DNA from: Chiloscyllium plagiosum
Taxonomy: Eukaryota
Direction: 5' to 3'
Assembly: GCF_004010195.1 (NCBI RefSeq)
Contig: NC_057718.1
Span: 7,732,707 to 7,796,706 of the forward strand
DNA length: 64,000 nucleotides
The notes under the pieces are model-generated. The model was not told the origin of the DNA. It saw nothing but the letters and a program-made list of their open reading frames with translations, and made no database searches. The position numbers were made by a program, and so were the translations under genes. Within the stretch, counting starts at the first letter, position 1; every line of letters begins with the position of its first letter. Shown here piece by piece: positions 35,375 through 48,918 of the stretch.

Positions 35375-37480
35375 GGCTGATGAATGCCACATCGAACAAT
35401 ACTTGGAGGAAGCACTGAGAGTGGCATGGGTGCAGCATGTACGCTGGAAGGGGATTTCAATGTCCATCACCAAGAGTGGCTCGGCAGCAGCATTACAGGT
35501 CAAGCTGGTCGGGTGCTGAAGGACATAGCTACTAGACTGGGTGTGCAGCAGGTGGTGAAGGAATAAACAAGGGGGAAAGATCCATGACAGTATCGGTAAG
35601 AGTGACCACTGCACAGTCCTTGTGGAGATCAAGTCCTGCCTTCACATTGAGAATACATTCCATCGCATTGTATGGCACTGTCACTGTACTAAATGGGACA
35701 GACTTCGAACTGATCTAGCAGCTCAAGACCGGACATCCACGAGGTGCTGTGGGCCATCAACAGCAGCAGAATTGTACTCCAGCACAATCCGCAACCTCAT
35801 GGGCTGGCATATCCCCCACTCAACCATTACCATCAAGCCAGGAGATCAACCCTGGTTCAATGGAAAATGCAGGAGGGCATCCCAGGAGCAGAACCAGGCA
35901 TACCTGAAGGTGAGATGATAACCTGGTGAAGCTACCAAACAGGACTACTTGCATGCCAAATGGTGTAAACAGCCAGTGCTAGACAGAGCTAAGTGATCCC
36001 ACAACCAACGGATCAGATCTAAGCTCTGCAGTCCTTCCATGTCCACTCGTCAACGGCAGTGGACAATTTAACAACTCACTGGAGGAGGAGGCTCCACAAA
36101 TATCTCGATCCTCAATGATGGAAGAGCCCAGCACATCAGTGAAAAAGACAAGGCTGATGCATTTGTAACAATCTTCAGCTAGAAATGCTGAGTGGAAGAT
36201 CCATCTTGGCCTGCTCCTGGCATCCTCTGCATCACTGATACCTGTATCCTGCCAATTCAATTCACTCTACATGATAACGAGAGACAGTTGGAGGCACTGG
36301 GTATTGCAAAGGCTGTCGGCCTTGACAACATTCTCGCAGTAATGCACGATCAGTGTGCTTGCACAATGGGAAGGCAGTTCTGGATGCTGGAGGTCAGTCA
36401 TCTCAGCTCCAAGACATTCCTCCAGGCGTTCCTCAGGGTAGTGTCTGATGCCCTACCATCTTCAGCTGCTTCATCAATGACTTTCACTCCATCATGAGGT
36501 CAGAAGTGGGATGTTCACCGATGATTACACAATGTTCAGCACCATTCGTGACTCCTCATCCACTGAAGCAGTCTGTGTCCAAATGCAACAAGATCTGGAC
36601 AATATCCAGGTTTGAACTGACAAGTGACAAGTAACATTCACACCACACAAATGCCAGGTAATGATCATCACCAACAGAAGAGAATCTAACCAGTGCCCCT
36701 TGATATGCAATGGGGATTACCATCACTGATGGGCTTTTGCCCGAAACATCGATTTTCCTGCTCCTCGGATGCTGCCTGAGCTGCTGTGCTTTTCCAGCAC
36801 CACTCTAATCCAGAATCTGGTTTCCAGCATCTGCAGTCATTGTTTTTAACCATCACTGAACACCCCATTATCAACATCTTCGGGGTTACCATTGACCAGA
36901 AATTGAACTGGACATACCATATAAATACAGTGGCTATACCAGCAAGTCAGACAGAGGCTAGGAATCCTGCAGTGAGTAACTCACCTCCTGACTCCCCAGT
37001 GCCTGTTCACCGCATACAAGGAACAAGTTAGCAATGTGATGGAATACTCCCCATGAGCCTGATCGGGTGCAGCTCCAACAACACTCAAGAAGTTTGACAC
37101 CATCCAGGACAAAGCAGTCCACTTGATTGGAAACACATCCACAACCACACCCACAAACATCCACTCCCTCCACCACCAACAGTAGCAGCAGTGTGTACCA
37201 TCTGCATGATGCATTGCAGAAATTCACCGATTCTTAAACATGACCACTTCCATCTAGAAGGGCAATGGCAGAAGATCCATGGGAACGCCACCCCCTGCAA
37301 GTTCCCCTCCAAGTCACTCACCATGCAGACTTGGATATATTTCCCCATTCCTTCAGTGTAGCTGGGTCAAAGTCCTGGAATTCCCTCCCTAATGGCATTA
37401 TGGGTCAACTTATAAGAAAGGGACTGCAGTGGATCAAGAAGCTCACCACCACCTTCTCAAGGGCAGCTGGGGACAGGTAA
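35375..37480 (+). mobile_element. CR1-clade LINE family 2: APE endonuclease end, RT (internally deleted) and 3' end
   Basis: GDFNVHHQEWLGS and IGKSDH endonuclease motifs, KPGDQPWFN, RT remnants and LDTIQDKA. Confidence 0.85.
36730..36848 (+). mobile_element. 5'-truncated family A element nested in a LINE
   Basis: TSD ACCATCACTGA (36719-36729, 36849-36859); begins within the hammerhead motif (gggcttttgcccgaaac). Confidence 0.8.
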
Positions 37481-38209
37481 CAAAAGCAAAATTGAAGTGG
37501 TCACAATAAAGAATCCGATAATCAGGAGCACACTTGTAGTATTTGATTCCTCCGTCCAGATCTCAAGGCCAGTTGCCATGGTGACAGGAGAAGAAGCCAT
37601 TTGTTCTTTAATGCTATTGCCTCTTACCTGTCCACTTGAGTATCTTCCCTTCTGGTCTTCGTCAGAAGAGTTTGCTGAGAATGGCATCAATGATTCCTTT
37701 GAGTGAAGAAGACTAAGGGGGTGACATTGCTGATCGGGTTTCCTGGATGATTGCAGGTACCTTGTGGAATTTACCACCTCTACTAGCGTCTCATACTGAG
37801 TAACTGGTGGTCTGAGGTAGCTCGCTGCCTCTAATCCTCCTTTGTCTTGGGTTCATCTAGCAATTAGCAGCAGACGGCGTACCATTGTGGAATTTCTGCA
37901 GAAGACGCTGTGTTCTTAGATAGCATAAAGATTTCTTCTATGAACGCAGTACACACCACTCCATTTTGTCAGGTATAATGCACTAGGACTTGAGGGAGTT
38001 GGAGAGAGTGCATGGATGAGGCTAATATAACGTGAACATTAACCCTTTCAGAACCATGATTGTGCACCATGAGGGGGGAGTGGCATTGTAAAGGATGAGT
38101 GGTAATCAGAACATCAGCTTCCTGCTTATCTCTGAACTGTCTCCCATGATGCAATAGGAATTGAGCAACATACTTGCCAATTTTCAATTAGAATTCTAGT
38201 CTCCATCCT

Positions 38210-38710
38210 CCAGGAAGGAAGCTGTGAAACTTGAAAGGATTCAGAAAAGATTTATGAGGATGTTGCCGGGGTTGGAGGATTTGAGCTATAGGGAGAGGCT
38301 AAAATGAGGCTGTTTTCCCTGGAGCGTCAGAGGCTGAGGAGTGACCTTATAGAGGTTTATCAAATCATGAGGGGCATGGATAGGATAAATAGACAAGGTC
38401 TTTTCTCTGGGATTTGGGGAGTCCAGAACTAGAGGGCATAGGTTTAAGGAGAGAGGGGAAAGATTTAAAAGGGACCTAAGGGGCAAATTTTCCACGCAGG
38501 TGGTAGTGGATGTATGGAATGAGCTGCCAGAGGAAGTGGTGGAGGCTGGTACAATTACAACATTTAAAAGGCACCTGGATGGGTATGTGAATAGAAGGGG
38601 TTTAGAAGGATATGGATCAAATGCTGGCAAATGGGACGAGATTAATTTAGGATATCTGGTCGGCATGGATGAATTGGACCGAAGGGTCTGTTTCCGTGCT
38701 GTACTTCTCT
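38210..38710 (+). mobile_element. CR1/HER1 LINE 3' end
   Basis: VWNELPEEVVEAGTITTFKRHLDGY. Confidence 0.88.
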
Positions 38711-39934
38711 TTAACGGTCCATCAAGCTTGTTACCAAGGTAATTGTCCTGAACATCATGCAGTCCACGCCAGAATAGGTTTGTCGAAAGAAGCTAGGAAG
38801 GAGTGAGGAAGCTGTACAGAAAGTGGAAAGGGTGGGGTGGGACGCGGTGTGATGTCACCAGGACTACCCCACCTCCACAAAGAGGTCACCCCCTTCAACC
38901 TCCACCCCCACCCACCTTGTCCCTCTCTGGCTGACCTCCGAAATGCCCCATTCCTTTCCCTGAGATGTCTGATCCCTGAGTGCTCCAACCCTGTACAGGT
39001 CCCTGTCATACATCATCACATTTTGCTGTCTGCTCCTGACTGAACAAGACCTGGAAAGTGACGGCTGGGTTCCAGAATGTGCAGAGACAGAGCAGGCTGA
39101 CTGAGAATCCTCACTGTAAGAGCTGCAAGTGATTATACCTCCTCTCATGCCAAAGACATTTACAACATGCCTGTTTCCACAATCAGCAACACATGTGTGT
39201 CGACGTCATGGAAACATAGAGTGTTCAAACAGTAAAAATAAATAATCTCCGTTTTTAAAAAAAATTGAAGAATTACTGCAGCGATTTTCCTTCAGATTTC
39301 CTGTCGATGTTGTGTTTAACAATGACACGCTATTAACAAACCCCAAATTGATGCAGGTTTCCAGTTAGTCCATGCTGCTGCGTCTAATGCTTTAAAACAA
39401 TGCCTCCCACAACTATTATAGGGAATTTAAAATGTTAAAAGGGTTGTCTACCGTATTAAAATGGACATTTAGGGCTAATTATTTCATGCCCTGTGGCAGA
39501 AGTTACATGGGAGTGTTTTACAAGAACTCGGGGAGAAACGTTAAGGGAACGATGAAGGGGGTGAGATGGCCAACCCACAAGTGAATCCAAAGTCAGTCTG
39601 TCAGGTACTCAGCCTTCCAAAAAGTTTTCATGTCTTGTTTGGGTATGGAGATTGTCCAACAGCTGCAGAGACTTGAACAACCACATGCTTAACCTTCGAG
39701 CATAGCTGGCTGATTGCAAACAACAGCAGCTTGACTCAAATCTGCTTTGCTCCCTTTGAGATGAGCACTGACTCACATTGGGTACAGTACATGCCCCCTG
39801 TCACCGCTCATGCCCCATTCCAGTACCCACTCTTCACAGGCGTAAGACCTAATATTCAGAATGGATGGCTATTTGACCTGGGAGGGAATCACGGCTGATC
39901 CAAACCTATTACCCGCCTACAAAGAGGAAAAGAA

Positions 39935-40530
39935 AACATTTATGTGCAGCATTTATCACAGCCTTGGGTGAACCCAAAGGACTTTATAGCCACTGGGGTA
40001 CTTTTGAAATGTCATTGCTGCTGTTGTGATGGAAGCACAGCCGTGAATGTACACAACAAGATCCCACAAACAATCAGTTTGCTCACAGCAGGTTCCGGCT
40101 GACCACCAAGTTGTGCACAGCGAGCTCCCACTAACAATTCCTTTGTGTAAAGCAATTATCAAACAAGCCAACTGGCAGGTAGGAAGCTCCCAGGGCGAGC
40201 CAATTTGTTTGCGACAACAGGCCAGTTTGTACAGAGCAAGCTCCCACAATAGCAATATATCGATGACCTGAAAATTTCCAACTGGAATGTGGACTGTGTT
40301 CCAAATGGTGGCTAGCATCTTCTTCAAACAGTGAAGGGATCATTAATGTGCACCAGAGCAGAACACAAGGCTTTGATTAAAAGGAAACTTTATCACAAAT
40401 ACAAGCTCTTTCGTCAATGTGGTACTTGCTCAGTACCTCACTAGGGGAGTCAGCTTCAATTATGTGTCAAAATCTCTGGAAAGGGATTTGAACCAACAAT
40501 CTTCTGACTCTGAGGCAAGAGACTGACAAA
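39935..40530 (-). mobile_element. Old DeuSINE-like element (SacSINE1/AmnSINE1-related core)
   Basis: caagatcccacaaac / agcaagctcccacaatagcaat resemble the reverse complement of the Deu core as I recall it; related fragments at 31600-31710, 34350-34620 and 59940-60080. Confidence 0.5.
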
Positions 40531-40639
40531 TGAAGCAAATAGCAAATTTTGCAGCAAGGATTCTGAACCTGAGTTCACTGCACAACCACAATCAATGTTC
40601 ACTTAAATAGCAGAGATTGCATGAAACTGCTGTGGGATG

Positions 40640-40955
40640 ATACGGTGGGTCAGTGGTTAGCATTGCTGCCTCACAGCACCAGGGACTCAGGTTCGATTCC
40701 AGCCTCGGGCGACTGTGTGGAGTTTGCGCATTCTCCCTGTGTCTGCATGGGTTTCCTCCCACAGTCCAAAGATGTGCAGGTTAGGGTGGGTTGGTCATGT
40801 TAAGTTGCCCCATAGTGTTCAGGGATGTGTTGGTTAGGTGTATTCGTCAAGGGTAAATGTAGAGGAATGGGTTTGGATGGGATACTCTTTGGAGGGTCGG
40901 TGTGGACTTGTTGGGCCGAAGAGCCTGTTTCCACAGTGTAGGGATTCTCTGATCA
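40640..40955 (+). mobile_element. HE1-type SINE
   Basis: Full head, body and tail match. Confidence 0.85.
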
Positions 40956-41534
40956 ACAAAAAGATCTAGAATCACAGTTAAGGGATAGACTAATGAGAAT
41001 CGACAACAACCAAAATATTTGTACAGCACCTTTCTCCAAATGAAACACCCCCAAGGTGCTTTGGAAGAGTGAAATTAAACAAAATTTGACACTGGACCAA
41101 AAGAACTCAGGGGTAATTATAGGATGATAGGGTAGGGGAATGTGTCTGGGTGGGTTACTCTTCGGAGGGTCAGTGTGGATTTGTTGGGCCAAAGGGCCTG
41201 TTTCCATAGAGTAGGGATTCTATGAACTCAAGCTAAGACAAATGGCCAAGAGCTTGGTCAAAGAGGATGGTTTATAAGAAACCTCTTGAAGCAGTTGACG
41301 GAGGTATGGAGGGAGAGATATATAGCGAGAGGGTTCCTGAGATTAGGGTCTTGGTGATTGAAACATGGCCACCCTTGACTGGGAGATAGTAGTCATAAAT
41401 ACACAAGAGCCAGAAGTGGGGAGGAGGTACAGACATAGCAGAGAGCATCAGACTCTTTGACCAGAGTGAAGTGAGAAGGAAGCAAGTTGGGTAAGAAAGG
41501 AAAGTTGTGAGCTCAAGAACTGGAGGATTATGTG

Positions 41535-43183
41535 GAGAATTTAGGAGGCATGGTTAGTACATTTGCAGATGGCACCAAAAATTGGTGGGATAGCAGACAG
41601 TTAAGAAGGTCATCTATGATTACAAAGAGACTTTGATCAATTGGGTCAATGGGCTAAGGAGTGGCAGATGGAATTTAATTAGGATAAATGTAAAGTATTA
41701 GATTACATTACAGTGTGGAATCAGGCCCTTCGGCCCAACAAGTCCACACCGACCCGCACCCACTCATACCCATTCCCCTACATTTACCCCTGCATCGAAC
41801 ACTATGGGCAATTTAGCGTGGCCAATTCACCTAACCTGCACATTTTTGGACTGTGGGAGGAAACCGGAGCACACCCATGCAGACACGGGGAGAATGTGCA
41901 AACTCCACACAGACAGTCGCCTGAGGCGGGAACTGAACCCGGGTCTCTGGCGCTGTGAGGCAGCAGTGCTAACCACTGATCCACCGTGCCGCCCACGACA
42001 TTACATTAAAGTAAAAACAAACAAGAGCAGGATTTATACAATTAATGGTAGGGCCCTGGGTTGTGTTGGAGAACAGAGAGAGTCTGAAGGGTTCAGGTAC
42101 ATAATTCTTTGAAATTTGCGTCACAGGTAGACAAGATGATTAAGTATGTTCTTAGCACACTTGCCCTCAGTGCTCAGATCATTTAGCATAGGAGTTGGGG
42201 CGTCATGTTGAGGTGGTTCAGGACGTTGGTGGGGCCTCTTCTAGAGTACTGTGTCCAGTTCTAGTCACCCAGTTATAGTTATTAAATTGGAGAGGGTACA
42301 GAATAGACTCACCAGGATGTTGCCAGCAATGGGAGGTTTGAGTTATAAAAGTAGGCTGGATAGGCTGGGACTTCTTTTACTGGAGTGTAGGAAGTTGGGG
42401 AGTGACCTCATATAAAATCATGAGGGTTATAGATAAGGTAGATAGCAAAGGTTTTTTACCCAGGGTAGGGGAGTTCAAAACTAGACGGCATAGGTTTAAG
42501 GTGAGAGGAGAGATTTAAAAAGAACATGAGAGATAACATTTTTCCGCCCACGACATTACATTAAAGTAAAAACAAACAAGAGCAGGATTTATACAATTAA
42601 TGGTAGGGCCCTGGGTTGTGTTGGAGAACAGAGAGAGTCTGAAGGGTTCAGGTACATAATTCTTTGAAATTTGCGTCACAGGTAGACAAGATGATTAAGT
42701 ATGTTCTTAGCACACTTGCCCTCAGTGCTCAGATCATTTAGCATAGGAGTTGGGGCGTCATGTTGAGGTGGTTCAGGACATTGGTGGGGCCTCTTCTAGA
42801 GTACTGTGTCCAGTTCTAGTCACCCAGTTATAGTTATTAAATTGGAGAGGGTACAGAAAAGACTCACCAGGATGTTGCCAACAATGGGAGGTTTGAGTTA
42901 TAAAAGTAGGCTGGATAGGCTGGGACTTCTTTTACTGGAGTGTAGGAAGTTGGGGAGTGACCTCATATAAAATCATGAGGGTTATAGATAAGGTGGATAG
43001 CAAAGGTTTTTTTACCCAGGGTAGGGGAGTTCAAAACTAGACAGCATAGGTTTAAGGTGAGAGGAGAGATTTAAAAAGGACATGAGAGATAACATTTTTA
43101 GACAGAAAGTGGTTCGTATATGGAATGAACTGTCACAGGAAGTGGTTATAGTTAGAACATTTAAAAGACACTTGGATAAGTAC
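41535..43183 (+). mobile_element. CR1 LINE 3' portion, interrupted by an HE1 SINE (41700-41995, -) and containing a 555-bp tandem duplication
   Basis: FADGTKIGG, WQMEFN and LEYCVQF motifs; duplicated unit 41989-42543 / 42544-43099. Confidence 0.85.
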
Positions 43184-43750
43184 TGTTATGAAGTTGAAGG
43201 CGTGCACTGTACTTTTAAGCGAGAGTAAATGCTGTTTTGAACAAGAGCAGTCTCAGAGTGTACTGGAAAATTGAACAAATGCAACATTTGGCGAAGTTGG
43301 TTGCTGTTTTAACAACAATTCGAATTTAACCAATCAGTTTCTGCCCCAGGATACTAAAACCCAATCAAGTTTAAATTTATTGTTTTGCCAGCATCAAACC
43401 AATGAGATGATCCAATGTTGGGAATATGAAAAAAAGGCAGGCATTTTGAAAATTGGACAGAACAACTGCCATTGAGACAGACCCAAAAAATCAGGAAATA
43501 CTCTCTATCAAAGGTACCTTTTCATATGAGGTATATTCGCAATAAAAAGAAGCCAACCCATGGAGATCTACAGCCGGAAGAAGACAGACATCAATGATGA
43601 CAGTCACTGAACGTTTTTGAAATTAAGTTGATGTAATTTTAATGTGTTTTATTGGAACAGTATATTGTTATAGAGTTGGAGGCAGATAATAAAAGGGAGG
43701 CTTAGAGTTGTGAATAGTTGTTGTTGAATGTACACTATTTGAGTTTGGGA
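43184..43750 (+). mobile_element. Partial Gypsy-type LTR
   Basis: Starts TGTTATGAAG; similar to the reverse complement of 50881-51598. Confidence 0.65.
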
Positions 43751-43828
43751 ACAATGGTTGGCATGGACTGGTTGGACTGAAAGATCTGTATAGTGCTGTA
43801 TGACTCTATGACTCTATAACATCGAGGA

Positions 43829-43950
43829 CTGAAGAAGAGTCATACTGGACTTAAAACATTAACTCTGTTTTATCACTCCACAGATGCTGTCAGACCTGCT
43901 GACATTCTCCAGCGTTCTCTGTTTTTGATTCAGATTTCCAGCATCTGCCG
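43829..43950 (+). mobile_element. Family B element with degenerate hammerhead
   Basis: CTGAAGA-A-GAGTC(ATACTG)GACTT-AAAACATTAAC followed by the family tail cagatgctgtcagacctgctg. Confidence 0.6.
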
Positions 43951-44649
43951 AACTTTGCTTTGAGTAACATTGAATTTGTGTTGCCGACACCTAGTTGATA
44001 GCAGTGACCTTGTAAACCTCCTCTGGACTCCCTCCAAGGCAACATATCCTCTCTTTAAATATGAGGTCCAAAACTGCTCACAATATTCCAAATGTGGTCT
44101 GACCAGAGCCTTATACAGCCTCAGCAGTACATCTCTGCTCGTGTATTTCCTTACCTCAAGGGCATTAATGAACCAAGTGGGGATTTTCCTCACAACAGTT
44201 TCATGAGACTCTTAACTTCAGACTTTTCTCAATCTTAAATTCCACCATCTGCCACCGCAGGATTCAAATCTGAGTCTATAGAATATTACCTGGGATTATC
44301 ACTTCCCCACTCTGAGAGAGCTTGACATGTGTTGTCAGGGAGGATGGTTCCTCTTACAGAAGAGTCTAGAACTATGGGTCATTGTTTACAAATTCAGGGT
44401 CACCGTTTACGAAGGACTATTTCCCCGTAGAGTTTGGAACTTGCTTCCTGAAAAGGTGTTAGATAAAAAGTCTTTAGTCAAATGCGGGTAGGTTCTTCCT
44501 AAACAAGGGGAGTGAAAGGGTCGAGGGACTGCATGGGAATGAGAATGTTTGAGGCTCGTAATTTATGCACAGTATCAAGAAAAAGACAGAACCAGCACAG
44601 CCAAATGGCCTCCATCTGTGCCATTACCGTTCCACAAATTGTACGAACA

Positions 44650-45775
44650 ACAGAGAAGAGGTGTTGGAAATTCTGGAAAGGGTGAAAATAGATAAGTCCC
44701 CTGGACCTGATGGCATTTATCCTAGGATTCTCTGGGAAACAAGGGAGGAGATTGCAGAGCCATTGGCCTTGATTTTTATGTCCTCGTTGTCTACAGGAGT
44801 AGTGCCAGAAGATTGGAGGCTAGCAAATGTGGTTCCCTTGTTCAAGAAGGGGAGTAGGGATAACCCTAGTAACTATAGGCCGGTGAGTCTCACTTCTGTT
44901 GTGGGCAAAGTCTTAGAGAGAATAGTAAGGGATAGGATTTATGCACATCTAGATAGGAATAATGTGAACAAGGATAGTCAGCATGGTTTTGTAAAGGGCA
45001 GGTCGTGCCTCACAAACCTTATTGAATTCTTTGAAAAGGTGACAAAGGAGGTTGATGAGGGGAAAGCGGTAGATGTGGTATATATGGATTTTAGTAAGGC
45101 GTTTGATAAGGTTCCCCATGGTAGGCTACTGCAGAAAATACGGAGATATGGCATAGAGGGTGAGTTGGAGGTTCGGATTAGGAATTGGCTGGATGGAAGA
45201 AGACAGAGGGTAGTAGTTGATGGCAAAGTTTCTTCATGGAGTGCCGTCACTAGCGGTGTTCCGCAAGGATCTGTTTTGGGACCATTGCTGTTTGTCATTT
45301 TTATAAATGACATGGAAGAGGGGTTAGAAGGTTGGGTAAGCAAGTTTGCGGATGATACGAAAGACGGAGGAGTTGTTGNNNNNNNNNNNNNNNNNNNNNN
45401 NNNNNNNNNNNNNNNNNNNNNNNNNNNNNNNNNNNNNNNNNNNNNNNNNNNNNNNNNNNNNNNNNNNNNNNNNNNNNNNNNNNNNNNNNNNNNNNNNNNN
45501 NNNNNNNNNNNNNNNNNNNNNNNNNNNNNNNNNNNNNNNNNNNNNNNNNNNNNNNNNNNNNNNNNNNNNNNNNNNNNNNNNNNGAGTCGTGAGTTCGTGG
45601 AATGCCCTGCCAGTAGCAGTGGTGGACTCTCCCTCAATATGTGCATTTAAGCGGGCATTGGATAGGCATATGGAGGATAGTGGGCTAGTGTAGGTTAGGT
45701 GAGCTTGGATCGGCGCAACATCGAGGGCCGAAGGGCCTGTACTGCGCTGTATTCTTCTATGTTCTATGTTCTATG
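44650..45775 (+). mobile_element. Young CR1 LINE ORF2 (reverse transcriptase), spanning an assembly gap
   Basis: Uninterrupted frame [10 protein letters not shown]...NYRPVSLTS...[14 protein letters not shown]...DFSKAFD...[13 protein letters not shown]...FADD; 3'UTR and (ttctatg)n after the gap. Confidence 0.95.
45379..45583. other. Assembly gap (N run)
   Basis: Run of n. Confidence 1.
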
Positions 45776-45944
45776 TAAGAATGTTAGTAAATAAAATGAG
45801 CTAAGTCAATGAAGCTGCTCTGAAGCCCATTTTTGTCAGAAACTAGAGGGCAATGTCTGTGTATTCGGGCCACACTGTTCAGGAGCGATGTTAGGAAGCT
45901 CTCCTACACACAAAGGGTGGAAGAGGTTTGGAACTCTCCAAAAA

Positions 45945-47635
45945 TGCCCATATTACAGAAGAGGGGCGTGCTGGATGTCTTAAAACGCATAAAAGTGGAT
46001 TTACGCCCAGGACCTGGTCAGGTGTACCCTGGAACTCTGGGGGAAGTGAGGGAAGTGATTGCTGGGCCCCTTGCTGAGATATTTGGAACATTGGTAACAA
46101 CAGGTGAGGTGTCGGAAGACTGTAGGTGCCACTATTTAAGAAAGATGGTAAGGAAAAGCCAGGGAACTATATCTGATATCAGTGGTGGGCAAGTTGTTGG
46201 AGGGAATCCTGAGGGACAGGATTTACATGTATTTGGAAAGGCAAGGACTTATTAGGGATAGTCAGCATGGCTTTGTGCATGGGAAATCATGTCTCATGAA
46301 CTTGATTGAGTTTATGAAGAAATAACAAAGAGAATAACAAAGTTGGCAGAGCAGTGGGCATGATCTATATGGACTTCAGTAAGGCATTTGACAAGGTTCC
46401 CCATGGGAGACTGTTTAGCAAGTTTGGATCTCAAGGAATACAGGGATAACTAGCCATTTGGATACAAAACTGGCTCAAAGGTAGAAGATAGAGGGTGGTG
46501 GTGGAAGGTTGTTTCTCAGACTGGAGGCCTGTGACCAGTGGAGTGCCACAAGGATTGGTGCTGGGTCCATGATGTTTTGTTACTTATATAAATGACTTGG
46601 ATGTGAGCATAAGAGGTATAGTTAGTATGTTTGCAGGTGACACCAGAATTAGAGGTGTGGTGTAGTGAAGTATAGAAAGACATAGGAAGAAATTTAAATG
46701 TGTTGACCTCTAAACGATGCAGAAATCAGAAAGTCTGTGTCCCAGTGAGGATTTAACGGGGCAATAAAAGCATGTAAATGTTACCTCAAATCAGGATGGG
46801 ATCTTGATAGATGGGCCAATGGGCTAAGGAGTGGCAGATGGAGTTTAATTTAGATAAATGTGAGGTGCTGCATTTTAGAAAAGCAAATCAGATCAAGACT
46901 TATACATTTAATAGTAAGGTCCTGGGGAGTGTTGCTGATCAAAGAGACCTTGGAGTGCAGGTTCATAGTTCCTTGAAAGTAGAGTCGCAGATAGATAGGA
47001 TAGTGAAGAAGGCATTTGGTATGCTTTCCTTTATTGGTCAAAGTATTGAGTATAGGAGTGGGGAGGTCATGTTGTGGCTGTATACGACATTGTATCGGCC
47101 ACTTTTGGAATATTGCGTGCAATTCTGGTCTCCTTCCTATCAGAAGGATGTTGGGAAACTTGAAAGGATTCAGAAAGGATTTACAAGGATGTTGCCAGGG
47201 TTGTAGGGAGAGGCTGAATAGGCTGAGGCTGTTTTCCCTGGAACGTCGGAGGTTGAGGGGGGACCTTATTGAGGTTTATAAAATCATGAGGGGCATGGAT
47301 AGGGTAAATAGACAAGGTCTTTTACCTGGGGCGGGGAGACCAGAACGTGAGACCATTGGTTTAGGGGAAAGATTTAAAAGGGACCTAAGGGGCAAATTTT
47401 CCATGCAGGTGGTAGTGCATGTATGGAATGAGCTGCCAGAGGAAATGATGGAGGCTGGTACAATTACAGTATTTAAAAGACACCTGGATGGGTACATGAG
47501 TAGGAAGGATTTAGAGGGATATGGGCCAAATGCTGGCAAAGAGGACTAGATTAGGTTAGGATATCTGGTTGGCATGGAGGAGTTGGCAGAAAGAGTCTGT
47601 TTCTGTGCTGGACATCTCTATGACTCAATGATTCT
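45945..47635 (+). mobile_element. CR1/HER1 LINE, RT to 3' end, degenerate
   Basis: Frameshifted RT motifs and ORFs 46811-47206 and 47016-47549. Confidence 0.9.
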
Positions 47636-47972
47636 ATAAAAGCAGTGGATGCTAGATCATTTGTCCATTTTAAATCTGAGGTAAATAGATTTTTGCAAAG
47701 GTATTAAGGGAAATGGGCCAAAGGCAGGTATATGGAGTTCGGAAGCATATCAGACATGATCTCATTGAATGGTGGAACAGGCTTGACGGGCTGAATGGCC
47801 TGCTCCAGTCCCTACGCTGCTGTGAAGGATAGAACTACCTGAGTAAATGGTAATTCTAGAACAAGGTTCCAAAAGTGTGGGTTGTGAGCCCCAATGGGAT
47901 CCTGAGCTAACATTTTGGAGCTATGATGTCCAAGGCTCCAAAGGGAACACCACCCCCTGCAAGTTCCCCTCC

Positions 47973-48241
47973 TCGCCACTCACGGTTCTGATTTGGAAAT
48001 ATATCCCATTCCTTCAGTATCAGAGTTAGAAATACAGGTCCCTTTATGACTGAATAGAACAGTCCAGAGGTGGTTGAGAGCAGGTAAAGCTCATCAGACT
48101 TTGTTGATTCGCCACTCACGGTTCTGATTTGGAAATATATCCCATTCCTTCAGTATCAGAGTTAGAAATACAGGTCCCTTTATGACTAAATAGAACAGTC
48201 CAGAGGTGGTTGAGAGCAGGTAAAGCTCATCAGACTTTGTT
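47973..48241. repeat. Tandem duplication of ~133 bp (136-bp period)
   Basis: 47973-48105 and 48109-48241 differ at about one position. Confidence 0.9.
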
Positions 48242-48918
48242 TCCCCCTCCAACTCCAACTCCCTTCCATCTCTCCCGAGCAGCTCCCCCCCTCCTCAGTT
48301 TTGATGGTTTACATTGCCCACAGTGGGCTTTGCTTGTAAATAGTTAATTGGCTACACGGGTGATTACTGCTGGTGGTTAATAGTTTAAACAAGAAAAAAA
48401 ACCTGGTGTTTTGGGTGATGGGACAGTCACCCAGTTTTGTGTGATTCCGCTTCTGGGTATGAGAAAAAAGGCTGGGCTCTTGGAGCTTTTCTGGTACAGT
48501 GGTAGTGTCCCTCCTTCTGAGCCAGGAGGCCTGGGTTCAAGTCCCACCTGCTCCAAAAATGTATAATAGCATCTCTGAACTGATTAATTGAGAGGAGGAA
48601 AAATACAGTTGGATTCTTCTTTATAGCAAAGGCAGAGGCGAGGGCCCATCATTGCAATAGTTTAATGTAGTCCTTATCCAAGTTTCTCCCTCTTGGGCTT
48701 TTCATTGTTGGTTATCATAGAATCATAGAATCCCTACAGCATGCAAACAGGCTCTTTGGCTAAACATGTCCACACCGACTCTCCGAAGAGTAACCCACCT
48801 AGACCCATTGCCTTACCCTATTACGCAACATTTATCCCTGACTAATGCACCTAACCTACATATGCCCAATTTAGCATGGCTAATTCACCTAACCTGCACA
48901 CCTTTGGATGTTATATCT

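Noticed and set aside
37480..39200. Possible Harbinger-like transposon or host exon remnants
   Set aside because: No recognisable protein motif or termini could be identified by eye.
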